Shown piece by piece: positions 1-12,557 of a DNA stretch of 64,000 nt. Where the stretch lies: the NCBI GenBank assembly GCA_049324495.1, contig JBMOOP010000128.1, forward strand, positions 10,797 to 74,796, in the 5' to 3' direction. Position 1 is the stretch's first letter. Each line of letters opens with the position of its first letter. The translations under genes and the position numbers were made by a program. The stretch comes from Pseudomonadota bacterium (GTDB taxonomy: Bacteria; Pseudomonadota; Gammaproteobacteria; Pseudomonadales; JADFDG01). The notes under the pieces were generated by a model that saw only the letters and a list, made by a program, of their open reading frames with translations, made no database searches and was not told the origin of the DNA.

Positions 1-323
1 GTACATTCGCGCAGGTCGGCGGCGGTCGTGCCGTCGCGTTCGCCGCGCCTGATCCGGCCCTGGGCGATGTAGCCGGTGTCGGCAAGCGCAACGTCGCCGA
101 AATTGGCGAACAGATCCTCAGGCACCGGCGCTGCATCGATCCGTACCGCGTAACGATCACGATGCAGATAGTAGTTGTCGAGGCCGAGATCAACGATGGT
201 TTGGCAGACGGCCTGGCAACCCGGGCAGCATGTCTGCTGTTCTGCGTCACGTACCCGCACCGGCCAGGATTTGCCGGCCGGCAGTTTCTCACCGCAGTGG
301 TAGCAGCCTGATGCCGGTGTCAT
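1..323 (-). CDS. ccoI: Copper-translocating P-type ATPase CcoI/FixI, N-terminal fragment (gene continues left of the window)
   Basis: Not in the ORF track because it runs off the window. My reverse-strand translation from the ATG at 323 reads MTPASGCYHCGEKLPAGKSWPVRVRDAEQQTCCPGCQAVCQTIVDLGLDNYYLHR... This Cys-rich metal-binding N-terminus is typical of CcoI, and the gene lies directly downstream of ccoH as in ccoGHIS operons. Confidence 0.8.
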   Translation of the reverse strand, partial: MTPASGCYHCGEKLPAGKSWPVRVRDAEQQTCCPGCQAVCQTIVDLGLDNYYLHRDRYAVRIDAAPVPEDLFANFGDVALADTGYIAQGRIRRGERDGTTAADLREC

Positions 324-340
324 GGATCAATCCCCATTGA

Positions 341-931
341 TCAACCCACGGGGTGCAAGGGTATCGGCGCGCCCTGGAAAATGATGTCACTCGCGCGCAG
401 GCGCCAACGATTTTTTGCCTCGCTGCCTGCTGCGGTATCAGCCGGCAGCGGCTCGAGCATGAGGTGATGCTTGCCGAGCGGCAATTGCGACAGGGTGCCC
501 GACCAGGAGCTGTCGGTGCGTCGATCGAGCAGTACCGTCATGTCCTGGCTGGCGATGGTGCTGTGCACCAGCGTCAATTGCAGGCGGGCCGGGAGCGACG
601 CTCCGTTGTTGATGCTTACGTGGATGACCAGCGCTGCCGGATCAAGTGTTGCCGCCGCGGAAAGATTCATGGCGCGGGCCAGATGCTCGGCGTCAAGATC
701 CTGATTGATCGCGCGGCCGGCCTTGTACCAGTCATCACGCACCAGATCATCCCTGTTTTCGACCGCAATCCTGACCATTATCAGGCTGGCGACCACGGAA
801 AGCAGCGGCAACCCCACCACCAGCCACATCCACGGATGGCGATACCAGGGCAAGGCGGACAGGTCGCTTTCGGGAAAATCCGGCATGTTTTTTTGCTCAG
901 CGGCTGACCGAAATAAAACGGCTCTCGACAC
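341..931 (-). CDS. ccoH: cbb3 oxidase assembly protein CcoH (FixH family)
   Basis: 196-aa ORF with a GTG at 931; an alternative ATG at 886 gives MPDFPE... It has one N-terminal TM helix (PWMWLVVGLPLLSVVASLIMV) followed by a soluble domain, and it sits between ccoG and ccoI. Confidence 0.75.
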   Translation of the reverse strand: MSRAVLFRSAAEQKNMPDFPESDLSALPWYRHPWMWLVVGLPLLSVVASLIMVRIAVENRDDLVRDDWYKAGRAINQDLDAEHLARAMNLSAAATLDPAALVIHVSINNGASLPARLQLTLVHSTIASQDMTVLLDRRTDSSWSGTLSQLPLGKHHLMLEPLPADTAAGSEAKNRWRLRASDIIFQGAPIPLHPVG

Positions 932-2330
932 GCCTGGTCAGTTGCGGATCGTCTTCGGCGGTGAGCAGGAAATACACATCCACGTTTAGCGGTTTTGTAT
1001 AGAGCGGATCAATGCTCAGACTGACCGGTACGGATTCCTTGCCGGCGGCCGGTAGCGTGACCATGGCGGGGCCGCGATAGCCAATGCCTTCAGGCGCTTC
1101 GATGGCAATCCGGAAGTCATGCCCCTGCTGCGACTTGTTGTAGATTTTCAGCGTGTAGACATTTTCGATCCGTCCATCGGCTGTTTCCTGAAACAGCGCG
1201 TTGCGATCACGGATGACATCGATGGCGATGGGTACGCGCATCAGCAGACCGGTGAGGAAAATAGTTGCCAGCGCACCGAATACAATCCCGTAACCGATGA
1301 GGCGCGGGCGAATGACCTGGGTTGGCGTACCCGTGAGCGCATGTTCGGTGGTGTAGCGGATCAGGCCGCGTGGTTTTTCGATGCTTTCCATGACGTCGTC
1401 ACAGGCGTCGATGCAGGCTGCACAGGCAATGCACTCGTACTGCAGGCCATCGCGAATATCGATGCCGGTAGGGCAGACCTGCACGCACAGGCCACAGTCG
1501 ATGCAATCGCCCAGATTTTTGCGCGCATCCGACGATTCGCGCCGCTTCTGGCCACGCCCGCGCGGTTCGCCACGGCCCGGGTCATAACTGACGACCAGGG
1601 TGTCGTTATCGAACATGACACTCTGGAAGCGGGCATAGGGGCACATGTAAAGACAAACCTGCTCGCGCATCCAGCCGGCATTGGCATAGGTTGCCGTGGT
1701 GAAGAAGAACAACCACCAGATTTCCCATCCGCCAAGGTCGAAGGTAAAGATGCGGGGGATCAGTTCGCGTATCGGCGAAAAATAACCGACGAAGGTTGTC
1801 GCGGTAAGCAGGGCAAGGAAAAGCCAACCGAGATGTTTTGCCGTGCGCCGTAACAGTTTATCGGCACTCATCGGCGCGTTGTCGAGTTTCAGCCGGGCAC
1901 CGCGATCACCCTCGGTCAAGCGCTCGATGCGCACGAAAAACCGGGTCCATACCGTTTGTGGACAGATGTAACCACAAAATACCCGGCCGAGCAGGTTGGT
2001 GAAAAACAACAGCCCGAATGCTGCGATTCCCAACAGCAGCGCCAGGAAGAAAAAATCTTCAGGGAAAAAGGTCATTCCAAAAATATCGAACCGACGGCCG
2101 GGCAGATCGAAGCGTACGAGCGGTTTGTCTTGCCAGTTCAACCATGGTGTGACGAGGTAGACGCCCATGGTCATCAGCACGGTTAAGTCGCGCAGCTTCT
2201 GGAAACGGCCTTCGATCCACTTGGGTTGGATCTTTTCCTGTTTTTTGTAGAAGTTGAACGGCTCAGGACTTTGGTCGCCGTTGCCGCCGTCTCTCGGGGT
2301 GACATCCTTGATCGGAATTTGCTTCGCCAT
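897..2330 (-). CDS. ccoG: cbb3 oxidase accessory protein CcoG (polyferredoxin-like, 4Fe-4S)
   Basis: 477 aa with several TM helices and two ferredoxin Cys clusters (CIDCGLCVQVCPTG and CIACAACIDACD). It follows ccoNOQP. Confidence 0.9.
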   Translation of the reverse strand: MAKQIPIKDVTPRDGGNGDQSPEPFNFYKKQEKIQPKWIEGRFQKLRDLTVLMTMGVYLVTPWLNWQDKPLVRFDLPGRRFDIFGMTFFPEDFFFLALLLGIAAFGLLFFTNLLGRVFCGYICPQTVWTRFFVRIERLTEGDRGARLKLDNAPMSADKLLRRTAKHLGWLFLALLTATTFVGYFSPIRELIPRIFTFDLGGWEIWWLFFFTTATYANAGWMREQVCLYMCPYARFQSVMFDNDTLVVSYDPGRGEPRGRGQKRRESSDARKNLGDCIDCGLCVQVCPTGIDIRDGLQYECIACAACIDACDDVMESIEKPRGLIRYTTEHALTGTPTQVIRPRLIGYGIVFGALATIFLTGLLMRVPIAIDVIRDRNALFQETADGRIENVYTLKIYNKSQQGHDFRIAIEAPEGIGYRGPAMVTLPAAGKESVPVSLSIDPLYTKPLNVDVYFLLTAEDDPQLTRRVESRFISVSR

Positions 2331-2474
2331 GGATCACCTCGCGGAACTGCACTCTGCACTCGGCAAACGGCCCGGGGTGCGCAAGTCACTCCGGGCCGTA
2401 TGGACTCTATTCCGGACAGGCGCGGGGAATGAGCCGCGCGCAGCCGTCAGCCTACGCCATTCTTTGTGCTGCGA

Positions 2475-3377
2475 CTATTTGTTGGCCGTCGACAGCCCGT
2501 ATACGTACGCCGCCAGCACGTGGATTTTCTCGGTTGACAAGCGCCCATGCTGCGCCGGCATCTGGCCATTGCGGCCGTAGTTGATGGTTTCCTTGATGGT
2601 CTCGATGCTGCCGCCGTAGAGCCAGATCCGGTCAGTCAGGTTGGGTGCGCCGAAGGCAAAGTTGCCTTTGGCGTCGGCGCCGTGGCACATCACGCAGGTG
2701 GCCTGGAAGCGGGTTTCCCCTGCGGCGACAAGTTCGGGCTTGTCTGCCCTCAGTTCGGGATGCGACAGGCTGGCAACATAGTGCGCCACTTCGTTCACGC
2801 CTTCGTCGCCGAGTACTGCGCCAAAAGCCGGCATACCTGCCTGACGGCCGTTGGTGATGGTTTCGGTGATCGCCGCCGGATCGCCACCGTACAGCCAGTC
2901 ACTGTCGGTCAGATTCGGGAAGCCACGCGCGCCGTGCGCGCTGGAGCCGTGGCAAACCGCACAGTTGGTCAGAAACAGGCGCTGGCCCAGCGCCCGCGCC
3001 TCGGGATCCTGAGCCAACTGTTCAACCGGCATGGCTGCGTACTGCTTGAAGATCGGCGCAATGCGCTCTTCGGTCTTCGCAACCTCAGCTTCGAACTGAT
3101 TCACTTCCGTCCACTTCAGCACACCGGGCCATTTGCCGTAGCCCGGATACAGCACCAGATAAATCACGGCAAATCCCAAGGTTGCCCAAAACAGCCCGAT
3201 CCACCATGCGGGCATCGGGTTATTGAGCTCCTCAACGCCGTCGAATGCGTGTCCCATGCTTTGGCCACTGGGCGGCTCGCCTGGAATCGGCTTGGCAACC
3301 CACCACAACAGGAAAGCACAACCGCCAAGATTGATGGTGACAATCGCAATAATCCAAAAACTCCAGAAATCGCTCAT
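2475..3377 (-). CDS. ccoP: cbb3-type cytochrome c oxidase subunit III CcoP (dihaem c)
   Basis: I use the internal ATG at 3377 (MSDFWSFWIIA...). The longer ORF to 3473 adds a Pro/Thr-rich extension that overlaps ccoQ. There is an N-terminal TM helix and two CxxCH motifs (CAVCH, CVMCH). Confidence 0.9.
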   Translation of the reverse strand: MSDFWSFWIIAIVTINLGGCAFLLWWVAKPIPGEPPSGQSMGHAFDGVEELNNPMPAWWIGLFWATLGFAVIYLVLYPGYGKWPGVLKWTEVNQFEAEVAKTEERIAPIFKQYAAMPVEQLAQDPEARALGQRLFLTNCAVCHGSSAHGARGFPNLTDSDWLYGGDPAAITETITNGRQAGMPAFGAVLGDEGVNEVAHYVASLSHPELRADKPELVAAGETRFQATCVMCHGADAKGNFAFGAPNLTDRIWLYGGSIETIKETINYGRNGQMPAQHGRLSTEKIHVLAAYVYGLSTANK

Positions 3378-3393
3378 GACAAGCTTTCTCCCC

Positions 3394-3573
3394 TTAATTC
3401 TGTCGACGGGATTCGTCGTTGGTGTCCCGGGCGGCGTCGGTATCGCTGAAAGGCAGTGATGCCGCATCATCATGGGTCTGCTTGTTGCGCGGCAGGTAGA
3501 CCCAGATGCCCAGGGCGATGAACGCCGACATGAAAATCAGCGTGTAGATGCCGTGGATGGTGCCGGTGTCCAT
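3394..3573 (-). CDS. ccoQ: cbb3-type oxidase subunit CcoQ
   Basis: Small single-TM protein (MDTGTIHGIYTLIFMSAFIALGIWVYLPRNK...) between ccoO and ccoP. The ATG at 3573 is preferred over the TTG at 3594. Confidence 0.7.
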   Translation of the reverse strand: MDTGTIHGIYTLIFMSAFIALGIWVYLPRNKQTHDDAASLPFSDTDAARDTNDESRRQN

Positions 3574-3590
3574 GTTGACGAGCCCTGTAA

Positions 3591-4232
3591 TCAATTGGCC
3601 GCTGTAGGTGCTGACGCCGTGGCGCCACGCCCGAGCAAGGTACCCAGTTGTTGCAGGTAGGCGATGACCGCCTCCTGCTCCGTTTTCCCGGCAACTTCAG
3701 CTTTGGCGCCGGTAATGTCTGCGTCCGTGTAGGGAACGCCGACAACGCGCAGGGCCTCCATCTTCCTGCCGGTGATCTCACCGTCGAGCACGTTTGTGGC
3801 CAGCCACGGGAAACCCGGCATATTTGATTCCGGAACAACATCGCGCGGATTGTTCAGGTGGACGCGATGCCAGTCATCCGAGTACTTGCCGCCGACCCGG
3901 GCGATGTCCGGGCCGGTGCGCTTGGAACCCCACAGGAACGGATGGTCGTACACCGATTCGCCGGCCACCGAGTAGTGGCCATAACGCTCAGTCTCCGCCC
4001 GGAACGGTCGGATCATCTGCGAGTGGCAGACGTTGCAGCCTTCGCGTATGTATACGTCGCGGCCTTCCAACTGCAGCGCAGTGAGCGGCTTCAACCCCTC
4101 GATCGGCGTGGTCGTTTCCTTCTGGAACATCAGCGGAACAATTTCGGCAAGCCCGCCGAAACTGCACGCAATCAGCGTCAGCACGATCAGCAGACCCAGG
4201 TTCTTCTCAACGACAGAGTGTTGCTGTGCCAC
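3591..4232 (-). CDS. ccoO: cbb3-type cytochrome c oxidase subunit II CcoO (monohaem c)
   Basis: 213 aa with an N-terminal TM helix, a CNVCH haem-c motif, and the conserved RPF..E..RYGHYS block. Confidence 0.95.
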   Translation of the reverse strand: MAQQHSVVEKNLGLLIVLTLIACSFGGLAEIVPLMFQKETTTPIEGLKPLTALQLEGRDVYIREGCNVCHSQMIRPFRAETERYGHYSVAGESVYDHPFLWGSKRTGPDIARVGGKYSDDWHRVHLNNPRDVVPESNMPGFPWLATNVLDGEITGRKMEALRVVGVPYTDADITGAKAEVAGKTEQEAVIAYLQQLGTLLGRGATASAPTAAN

Positions 4233-4256
4233 GGTTCAGTACTCCTCTGTGGTTGT

Positions 4257-5690
4257 TCAGGCGTAGCGCGCCTGGGTTGTCGGAGACTTCTCGCCAGCCA
4301 TCTGGATGGTCTTCCAGGTGTTCCATGCCATCAGCAACATGCCGGTGACGTAAACCATGCCGCCGATCATCCGCATGACGTAGTAAGGCCAGTTGGCGCT
4401 CAATGACTCGACAAACGAGTAGGTGAGTGTGCCGTCGGGATTGACCGCACGCCACATCAGGCCCTGCTGGATGCCGGCAACCCACATCGCGGTGATATAG
4501 AGGATGGTGCCGATGGTGGCCAGCCAGAAGTGAGCATTGATCAGCTTGATGCTCCACATTTCCTTCACGCCCAGCGTGCGCGGCAGCACGATATAAAGTG
4601 CGCCGAAGGAAATCATCGCCACCCAGCCCAACGCACCGGAGTGCACATGACCGACAGTCCAGTCGGTGTAGTGTGACAGCGCGTTGACGGTTTTGATGGC
4701 CATCATCGGGCCTTCGAACGTTGACATGCCGTAGAAGGACAGGGCAACGACCATGAAGCGCAGGATGGGGTCGGTGCGCAGCTTATGCCAGGCGCCGGAC
4801 AACGTCATGATGCCGTTGATCATGCCGCCCCAGCTCGGTGCCAGCAGCACCAGCGAGAACGCCATGCCGACACTTTGCGTCCAGTCGGGCAGGGCGGTGT
4901 AGTGCAGGTGGTGGGAGCCGGCCCACATGTAGACGGAAATCAGTGCCCAGAAGTGAACGATGGAAAGCCGGTAGGAGTAAATCGGACGACCCGCCTGAAC
5001 CGGGACGAAGTAATACATCATGCCGAGGAAGCCGGCCGTGAGGAAAAAGCCGACGGCATTGTGACCATACCACCACTGCACCATCGCATCGACCGCGCCG
5101 GCATACACCGAATATGACTTGGTCAGCGTGACCGGGATCACCAGGCTGTTGACGATATGCAGCAGGGCCACGGCAATGATGAATGCGCCGTAGAACCAGT
5201 TTGCTACGTAAATATGCTCGGTCTTGCGCTTGGCGATCGTGGCGAAGAACACAATGGCATAGGAGATCCAGACAACGGCGATCAGCAGGTCGATCGGCCA
5301 CTCAAGTTCTGCGTATTCCTTGGAGCTGGTCATGCCCAGCGGCAGGGTGATGGCAGCGAGGACGATGACCAGTTGCCAGCCCCAGAAGGTAAACGCTGCC
5401 AACCACGGCAAGGCCAGCCGGGTGTGGCCGGTGCGCTGCACAACGTAATAGGACGTGGCAAACAGTGCGCAACCGCCAAAGGCGAAAATGACGGTATTGG
5501 TGTGCAACGGTCGCAGGCGGCCGAAGTGCGTCCAGGGCAGGTCAAAATTGAGGACCGGAAATGCCAGTTCGGCGGCAATCCAGACACCAAGGAGCATGCC
5601 GACGACACCCCAGACGACCGCCATGATGGCGAACCGCCGAACGACGGTGTAGTCGTATTCGGACTCGATAATGGGAACTGCGTGGCTCAT
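4257..5690 (-). CDS. ccoN: cbb3-type cytochrome c oxidase subunit I CcoN
   Basis: 477-aa polytopic membrane protein with haem-copper oxidase His-containing helices (e.g. [32 protein letters not shown]). It is the first gene of the ccoNOQP order. Confidence 0.95.
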   Translation of the reverse strand: MSHAVPIIESEYDYTVVRRFAIMAVVWGVVGMLLGVWIAAELAFPVLNFDLPWTHFGRLRPLHTNTVIFAFGGCALFATSYYVVQRTGHTRLALPWLAAFTFWGWQLVIVLAAITLPLGMTSSKEYAELEWPIDLLIAVVWISYAIVFFATIAKRKTEHIYVANWFYGAFIIAVALLHIVNSLVIPVTLTKSYSVYAGAVDAMVQWWYGHNAVGFFLTAGFLGMMYYFVPVQAGRPIYSYRLSIVHFWALISVYMWAGSHHLHYTALPDWTQSVGMAFSLVLLAPSWGGMINGIMTLSGAWHKLRTDPILRFMVVALSFYGMSTFEGPMMAIKTVNALSHYTDWTVGHVHSGALGWVAMISFGALYIVLPRTLGVKEMWSIKLINAHFWLATIGTILYITAMWVAGIQQGLMWRAVNPDGTLTYSFVESLSANWPYYVMRMIGGMVYVTGMLLMAWNTWKTIQMAGEKSPTTQARYA

Positions 5691-5909
5691 GAGTATGGAT
5701 TTCCTGCATTACAGGGACGGGAACATCGAAAAGTACGGGAGGCAGGGAAGCCCCCTGCGTTGTCGCGGGCGCAGATGATACGGGCGCCCCCCCCACGGGG
5801 CAACCCTGCCTGGGTCGCGGTCGGGTATTTATCCCGGCGGTTCAAGTCCAGCCTCGGCGGGTCGCACCAGAATCTGTTGCGCAGTCTAAGGCGGATACGT
5901 CAGACGGCA

Positions 5910-5923
5910 TTGATCTGCATCAG
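5910..5923. promoter_or_regulatory. Candidate FNR/Anr box upstream of ccoN
   Basis: TTGAT-CTGC-ATCAG matches TTGAT-N4-ATCAA at 9 of 10 positions. It lies in the fabI-ccoN intergenic region about 225 nt upstream of the ccoN ATG. cbb3 operons are commonly Anr/FNR activated. Confidence 0.35.
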
Positions 5924-5937
5924 TACGGCGCTGCAGA

Positions 5938-6747
5938 TCAGTCGCTCTTGTTGCCCATGATCAGATCGAGATCGCCCATTGCCGTGGTGTTGAAGCCGCA
6001 GTCGACATAGGTGATTTCGCCGGTGATGCCGCTGGCCAGATCCGAGCAAAGGAAAGCAGCGACGTTGCCGACTTCGTCGATCGTCACGTTGCGGCGCAGC
6101 GGTGTACATTTTTCGTTGTAGTCGAGCATCTTGCGAAAATGCTTGATGCCGGACGCAGCGAGCGTGCGGATCGGACCGGCGGAGATGGCATTGACGCGCG
6201 TACCTTCGGGCCCGACGGCGGCAGCCAGGTAACGTACCCCGGCTTCGAGCGAGGCCTTGGCCATGCCCATGACATTGTAGTTCGGTACGGTCTGCAGGGA
6301 GGCATGATAAGTGAGTGTGAGCATGGCACCCTTGCGGCCCTTCATCAGCGGGCCTGCGGCCCTGGCCATCGCCACGAAACTGTAGGCGCTGATATCGTGG
6401 GCGATGCGGAAGCCTTCCCGCGTGGTGACTTCGACGAAATTACCTTCGAGTTGGTCGCCCGGTGCGTAGCCGATGGCATGCACGAAACCATCAAGCCCAT
6501 CCCAGTGGCTGGCCAGGTTGGTGAATACTGCGGCGATTTCCTCGTCCTTTGCCACGTCGCAGGGCAGCACGATGGTCGAGCCGAACTCGGCGGCGAATTC
6601 CTCGACGCGCGACTGGAGCCGGTCGCCCTGATAGGTAAAGGCGAGAATGGCACCTTCACGGTGCATCGCTTTGGCGATGCCGTAGGCGATGGAGCGGTTG
6701 CTGGCGACGCCGGTCACCAGAATTTTTTTACCGGTCAGAAAACCCAT
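5938..6747 (-). CDS. fabI: Enoyl-ACP reductase FabI (NADH)
   Basis: The internal ATG at 6747 gives [33 protein letters not shown]..., a classic FabI N-terminus. The SDR fold carries the Y..M..AK catalytic region ([12 protein letters not shown]). Confidence 0.95.
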   Translation of the reverse strand: MGFLTGKKILVTGVASNRSIAYGIAKAMHREGAILAFTYQGDRLQSRVEEFAAEFGSTIVLPCDVAKDEEIAAVFTNLASHWDGLDGFVHAIGYAPGDQLEGNFVEVTTREGFRIAHDISAYSFVAMARAAGPLMKGRKGAMLTLTYHASLQTVPNYNVMGMAKASLEAGVRYLAAAVGPEGTRVNAISAGPIRTLAASGIKHFRKMLDYNEKCTPLRRNVTIDEVGNVAAFLCSDLASGITGEITYVDCGFNTTAMGDLDLIMGNKSD

Positions 6748-6877
6748 CGCGCTGCGCTCCTTGAGAAAGTCGTGCTTGAGAAAGTTGTACGCCTTATCGG
6801 GCCGGAGTATAGGCACCCGCTTGCAGGCAGGCGACCTGCCGTTTACCCGGTAATTGTCACGGGCTGTTACGCCGGCG

Positions 6878-8538
<1,661 letters not shown>

Positions 8539-8542
<4 letters not shown>

Positions 8543-9579
8543 CCTGAGTCTCCCGGTTGCTGCCTCGGATCGAAGGCATCGCGTAATGCCTCGCCGACGA
8601 ACACCAGCAGCGTCAACATCAACGACAACACCAGGAAGGCGGAGATGCCGAGCCAGGGTGCCTGCAGGTTGGTTTTCGCCTGCGCGGTGAGTTCACCGAG
8701 CGACGGTGAACCGGGCGGCAGCCCGAAGCCGAGAAAATCGAGCGCCGTCAGCGTGCTGATCGAGCCGGTCAGGATGAAGGGCGCAAAGGTGAAGGTGGAT
8801 ACCATCGCGTTCGGCAGAATGTGCCGCCACATGATGGTTCGATCCGGCACGCCGAGTGCGCGCGCCGCGCGCACGTATTCAAGGTTGCGTCCGCGCAGAA
8901 ACTCCGCACGAACGAGGTCTACCAGTGCGGTCCAGCTGAACAGCAGCATGATGCCGAGCAGCCACCAGAAATTGGGCGCCACGAAACTCGACAGGATGAT
9001 CAGCAGGAACAGCATGGGCAACCCGGACCAGATTTCGAGGATGCGCTGCCCGTAGAGATCGACGCGGCCGCCGTAGTAGCCCTGCAACGCGCCGACTGCA
9101 ACGCCGACGATGCTACTGGCGATGGTCAGGGTGAGGCCGAACAGCACCGAGATGCGAAAACCGTAGATCACCCGCGCCAGCACGTCACGGCCCTGGTCGT
9201 CGGTGCCGAGCAGGTTTTCACGCGTTGGCGGCGAGGGTGCCGGTTCGGTGAGTTGGTAATTGATGGTCTCGTAGGAAAAACGGATCGGCGGCCACAGGAC
9301 CCAGCCATTCGCCGCGATGAGTTGCTGGACATAATCGTCGCGATAGTCTGCGGCGGTCTCGAATTCGCCGCCGAAGACCTTTTCCGGGTAATCGTACAGC
9401 ACAGGAACGTACAGGCTGCCGGCATATGACACCAGCAGCGGCCGGTCGTTGGCGATCAGTTCCGCGAACAGTGACAGGCCAAACAACGCGAGGAAGATCC
9501 ACAGCGACCAGAAGCCCCGGCGATTGGCGCGGAACGTTTGCCAGCGGCGCTGGTTCAGCGGCGACCAGTGGTGGCGCAT
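8539..9579 (-). CDS. yejE: ABC transporter permease (YejE-like)
   Basis: 346-aa polytopic protein of the Opp/Dpp-type permease family. It overlaps yejF by 4 nt. Confidence 0.85.
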
Positions 9580-9580
9580 A

Positions 9581-10687
9581 TCAAAAATTCCGCTGCTCGA
9601 AATCGATGCGCGGGTCGATCAGCATGTAGGTCACATCGCTGACGATCTTCAACACCAGCCCGACCAGCGTGAAGATGTACATCGTGCCGAACATTACCGG
9701 GTAGTCACGGTTCATCACCGACTCGAAGCCGAGCAGGCCGAGGCCGTCGAGCGAGAACACGATCTCGATGAGGAAGGCGCCGGTAAACAGGATGCCGATC
9801 AGTGCCGCCGGAAAGCCCGACACCACGATCAGCATCGCGTTGCGGAACACATGTCCATAGAGGATGCGCCGCTCGGTGAGGCCTTTGGCGCGGGCGGTAA
9901 CCACATATTGCTTGTTGATTTCGTCGAGGAAGGCGTTTTTGGTCAGCAGCGTGAGGGTGGCGAAACTGCCGATGGTCAGTGCGGTAACCGGCAGGGCGAG
10001 GTGCCAGAAATAATCCCCCAGTTGTTGCCAGAACGTCATCTGGTCAAAATCCGGCGAGGTCAATCCGCGCAGCGGAAACCACTGGAAATAATTGCCACCG
10101 GCGAACAGCACGATCAGCAGGATAGCGAACAGGAATGCCGGGATCGCGTAACCGATGACGATGGCGGTGCTGGTCCAGATATCGAAGCGTGAGCCGTGAC
10201 GCACCGCCTTGGCAATACCGAGCGGAATCGAGATGAGGTAAACCAGCAGCGTCGACCACAGGCCCAGCGAGATCGAGACCGGCATTTTCTGGATCACCAG
10301 ATCGGTAACTTTGGCGTCGCGGAAAAAGCTGTCGCCAAAATCGAAATGCGCGTAGTTCACCACCATGGTGACGAAGCGTTCGGATGCGGGTTTGTCGAAG
10401 CCGTACAGCTGCTCAATTTCATTGATCAATTCGGGATCAAGGCCTTGTGCGCCGCGATACGCGCTTTGATTGTTGCTGGACGGTGGCGCCTGTTGGCCGA
10501 TCAACTCGCCGCCACCACTTGCGCCGATCTGTGCCATCACGCCGCCGGTGTCGCGGCCCTTGATCTGGGCAATCATGCGCTCGACCGGGCCGCCTGGGGC
10601 TGCCTGAACGATCAGGAAATTGATCAGCAGGATACCCAGCAGAGTCGGGATGATCAGCAGCAACCGGCGCGCGATGTAAGCAGTCAT
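9581..10687 (-). CDS. yejB: ABC transporter permease (YejB-like)
   Basis: 368 aa with an OppB/DppB-like N-terminus ([36 protein letters not shown]). Confidence 0.85.
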   Translation of the reverse strand: MTAYIARRLLLIIPTLLGILLINFLIVQAAPGGPVERMIAQIKGRDTGGVMAQIGASGGGELIGQQAPPSSNNQSAYRGAQGLDPELINEIEQLYGFDKPASERFVTMVVNYAHFDFGDSFFRDAKVTDLVIQKMPVSISLGLWSTLLVYLISIPLGIAKAVRHGSRFDIWTSTAIVIGYAIPAFLFAILLIVLFAGGNYFQWFPLRGLTSPDFDQMTFWQQLGDYFWHLALPVTALTIGSFATLTLLTKNAFLDEINKQYVVTARAKGLTERRILYGHVFRNAMLIVVSGFPAALIGILFTGAFLIEIVFSLDGLGLLGFESVMNRDYPVMFGTMYIFTLVGLVLKIVSDVTYMLIDPRIDFEQRNF

Positions 10688-10705
10688 GGGTGTGCGGTGG
10701 CCAAC

Positions 10706-12553
10706 TCAGCGGTCCGATTTGCGGCTGCGGCGTGCGTCGAGGGCGGCGGATTTCGCGGCGTCGAACCACCAGTAGTCGGGACTCGGGCCCGAATCGGGGG
10801 AAATCGTCGGCATACCGAAGCGATCCCACCAGGCGACGCGTGCCTTGTTCAGGTGCCAGTGCGGTATGGTGTACCAGCCCCACAGCAGCACCCGGTCCAG
10901 CGCATGTGTGGCGTTCACGAGATCCTCGCGCGAGCGCGCGGTGATGACTTTTTCAATCAGGGCATCGACAACCGGGTCTGCTACGCCAGCGTAGTTGCTG
11001 CTGTCGTTGGTTTTTGCAGCGAGGCTCGACCAGTAGTCGCGCTGCTCGTTGCCAGGCGAATTGGATTGGCCGGCGCGGCCGATGACCATGTCGTAGTCGA
11101 AACTGCGCAGGCGATTTTCGTATTGCTGCGAGTCCGCCAGCAGGCGGATGCGTGCGTCGATGCCAAGACGTTTGAGGTTCTGCGCAAAGGATTGCGTGTG
11201 CGGCAGGAACAGCGGGTTGTCGACCAGAATTTCGAAGCCCATCTGTGTACCGGTTTTCGCGTTCACCCGTTTGCCCTCGCGCACCGGCCAGCCGGCCTCG
11301 GCCAGCAGGCGGGTGGCTTCGCGCAGGTTGTTGCGCGGGTTGCCTTTGCCATCGGTCTTCGGCAACACGAATGCTTTGCTGAATACTTCCGGCGGCAGCG
11401 ATTGCCTGAAGGGTGCCAGCAGTGCGAGTTCGGCACCGGTTGGCAGGCCCGAGGCAGCAAGGTCGGAATTCTCGAAGTAGCTGTCGGTGCGCGTGTAGGC
11501 GCCGTACATCAGGCTCTTGCTGGCCCACTCAAAATCAAAGGCGTAATTCAGCGCCTCGCGAATCTTGCGGTCGCGAAATGGATCGCGGCGGGTGTTGAAA
11601 AAGAACCCCTGCATGCCGGCAGGCATCTTCAGTGCGAATTCATTGCGGCGCAGCAGATGCTGCTGTACGGCCGGCACGTTGTAGGCAGTGGCCCAGTTCT
11701 TGGCTGAACTTTCCACGCGCTGATCGTACTCGCCGGCTTTCAGTGCCTCCAGAGCTACCGTGTCGTCGCGATAGTAGGCATACTCAATCTCGCTGAAGTT
11801 GTAGCGACCACGGTTGAGCGGCAGATCCTTGCCCCAGTAGTCTGCTACGCGTTCATAAACGATGCCGCGACCCTGCCGTACCGATTTCACGCGGTACGGG
11901 CCACTGCCCGGCGGGATGTCGAGGTTGGCGGCGGCGAAGTCGTGCTTTTCCCAGTAATGCTTGGGCAGCACCGGCATCTGGCCGACGATCAGCGCCAGCT
12001 CGCGGTTGTTGCCGTTGGCGAAGGTGAATTTGACGCGGTGCGCGTCCAGCGCTTCAACTTTCTTCACGTCGCGGTAGAAAAACTTCCAGCGCGGCGAGCC
12101 TTTGGTCGTCAATAGCGTGAATGTGTAGACAACATCGTCGGCAGTGACTGCCTTGCCGTCGTGGAAACGCGCTTGCGGGCGCAGGTAGAACGTGATCGAG
12201 GAACGATCCTCGGGCCATTCCATCTTTTCGGCGAGCAGACCATAAACACTGAACGGCTCGTCGAGTGTACCCTCCACCAGCGAATCATAGAGGCTGGTGA
12301 TGCCGGCCGCGGGAACGCCTTTGGAAATCCACGGGTTCAACGAATCAAAGCCACCGGGATTCACGGCGGCGAGGCGAATGCGACCGCCCTTGGGGGCATC
12401 CGGGTTTGCATAGTGCAGATGGGAAAAATTTGCCGGGTACTTCGGCGTGCCATGCATGGCAATGGCGTGGGCGACGTTAACCTTGCTGTCGGCCATCGCG
12501 AAAACGGACATCACGGCAAGTGCAGCGGCGAGGAGCAAGCGGGGCAGCAGCAT
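10706..12553 (-). CDS. yejA: Periplasmic substrate-binding protein, family 5 (YejA-like)
   Basis: The internal ATG at 12553 gives a signal peptide (MLLPRLLLAAALAVMSVFAMA). The roughly 615-aa size fits an SBP family 5 protein, and it is the first gene of the ABC operon. Confidence 0.85.
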   Translation of the reverse strand: MLLPRLLLAAALAVMSVFAMADSKVNVAHAIAMHGTPKYPANFSHLHYANPDAPKGGRIRLAAVNPGGFDSLNPWISKGVPAAGITSLYDSLVEGTLDEPFSVYGLLAEKMEWPEDRSSITFYLRPQARFHDGKAVTADDVVYTFTLLTTKGSPRWKFFYRDVKKVEALDAHRVKFTFANGNNRELALIVGQMPVLPKHYWEKHDFAAANLDIPPGSGPYRVKSVRQGRGIVYERVADYWGKDLPLNRGRYNFSEIEYAYYRDDTVALEALKAGEYDQRVESSAKNWATAYNVPAVQQHLLRRNEFALKMPAGMQGFFFNTRRDPFRDRKIREALNYAFDFEWASKSLMYGAYTRTDSYFENSDLAASGLPTGAELALLAPFRQSLPPEVFSKAFVLPKTDGKGNPRNNLREATRLLAEAGWPVREGKRVNAKTGTQMGFEILVDNPLFLPHTQSFAQNLKRLGIDARIRLLADSQQYENRLRSFDYDMVIGRAGQSNSPGNEQRDYWSSLAAKTNDSSNYAGVADPVVDALIEKVITARSREDLVNATHALDRVLLWGWYTIPHWHLNKARVAWWDRFGMPTISPDSGPSPDYWWFDAAKSAALDARRSRKSDR

Positions 12554-12557
12554 GGCG

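Noticed and set aside
2360-2410. Hairpin GGCCCGG-N15-CCGGGCC between ccoP and ccoG, as an internal terminator
   Set aside because: It is plausible as an attenuator between ccoNOQP and ccoGHI, but the stem is short and lacks a U-tract on the transcribed strand. It cannot be supported from sequence alone.
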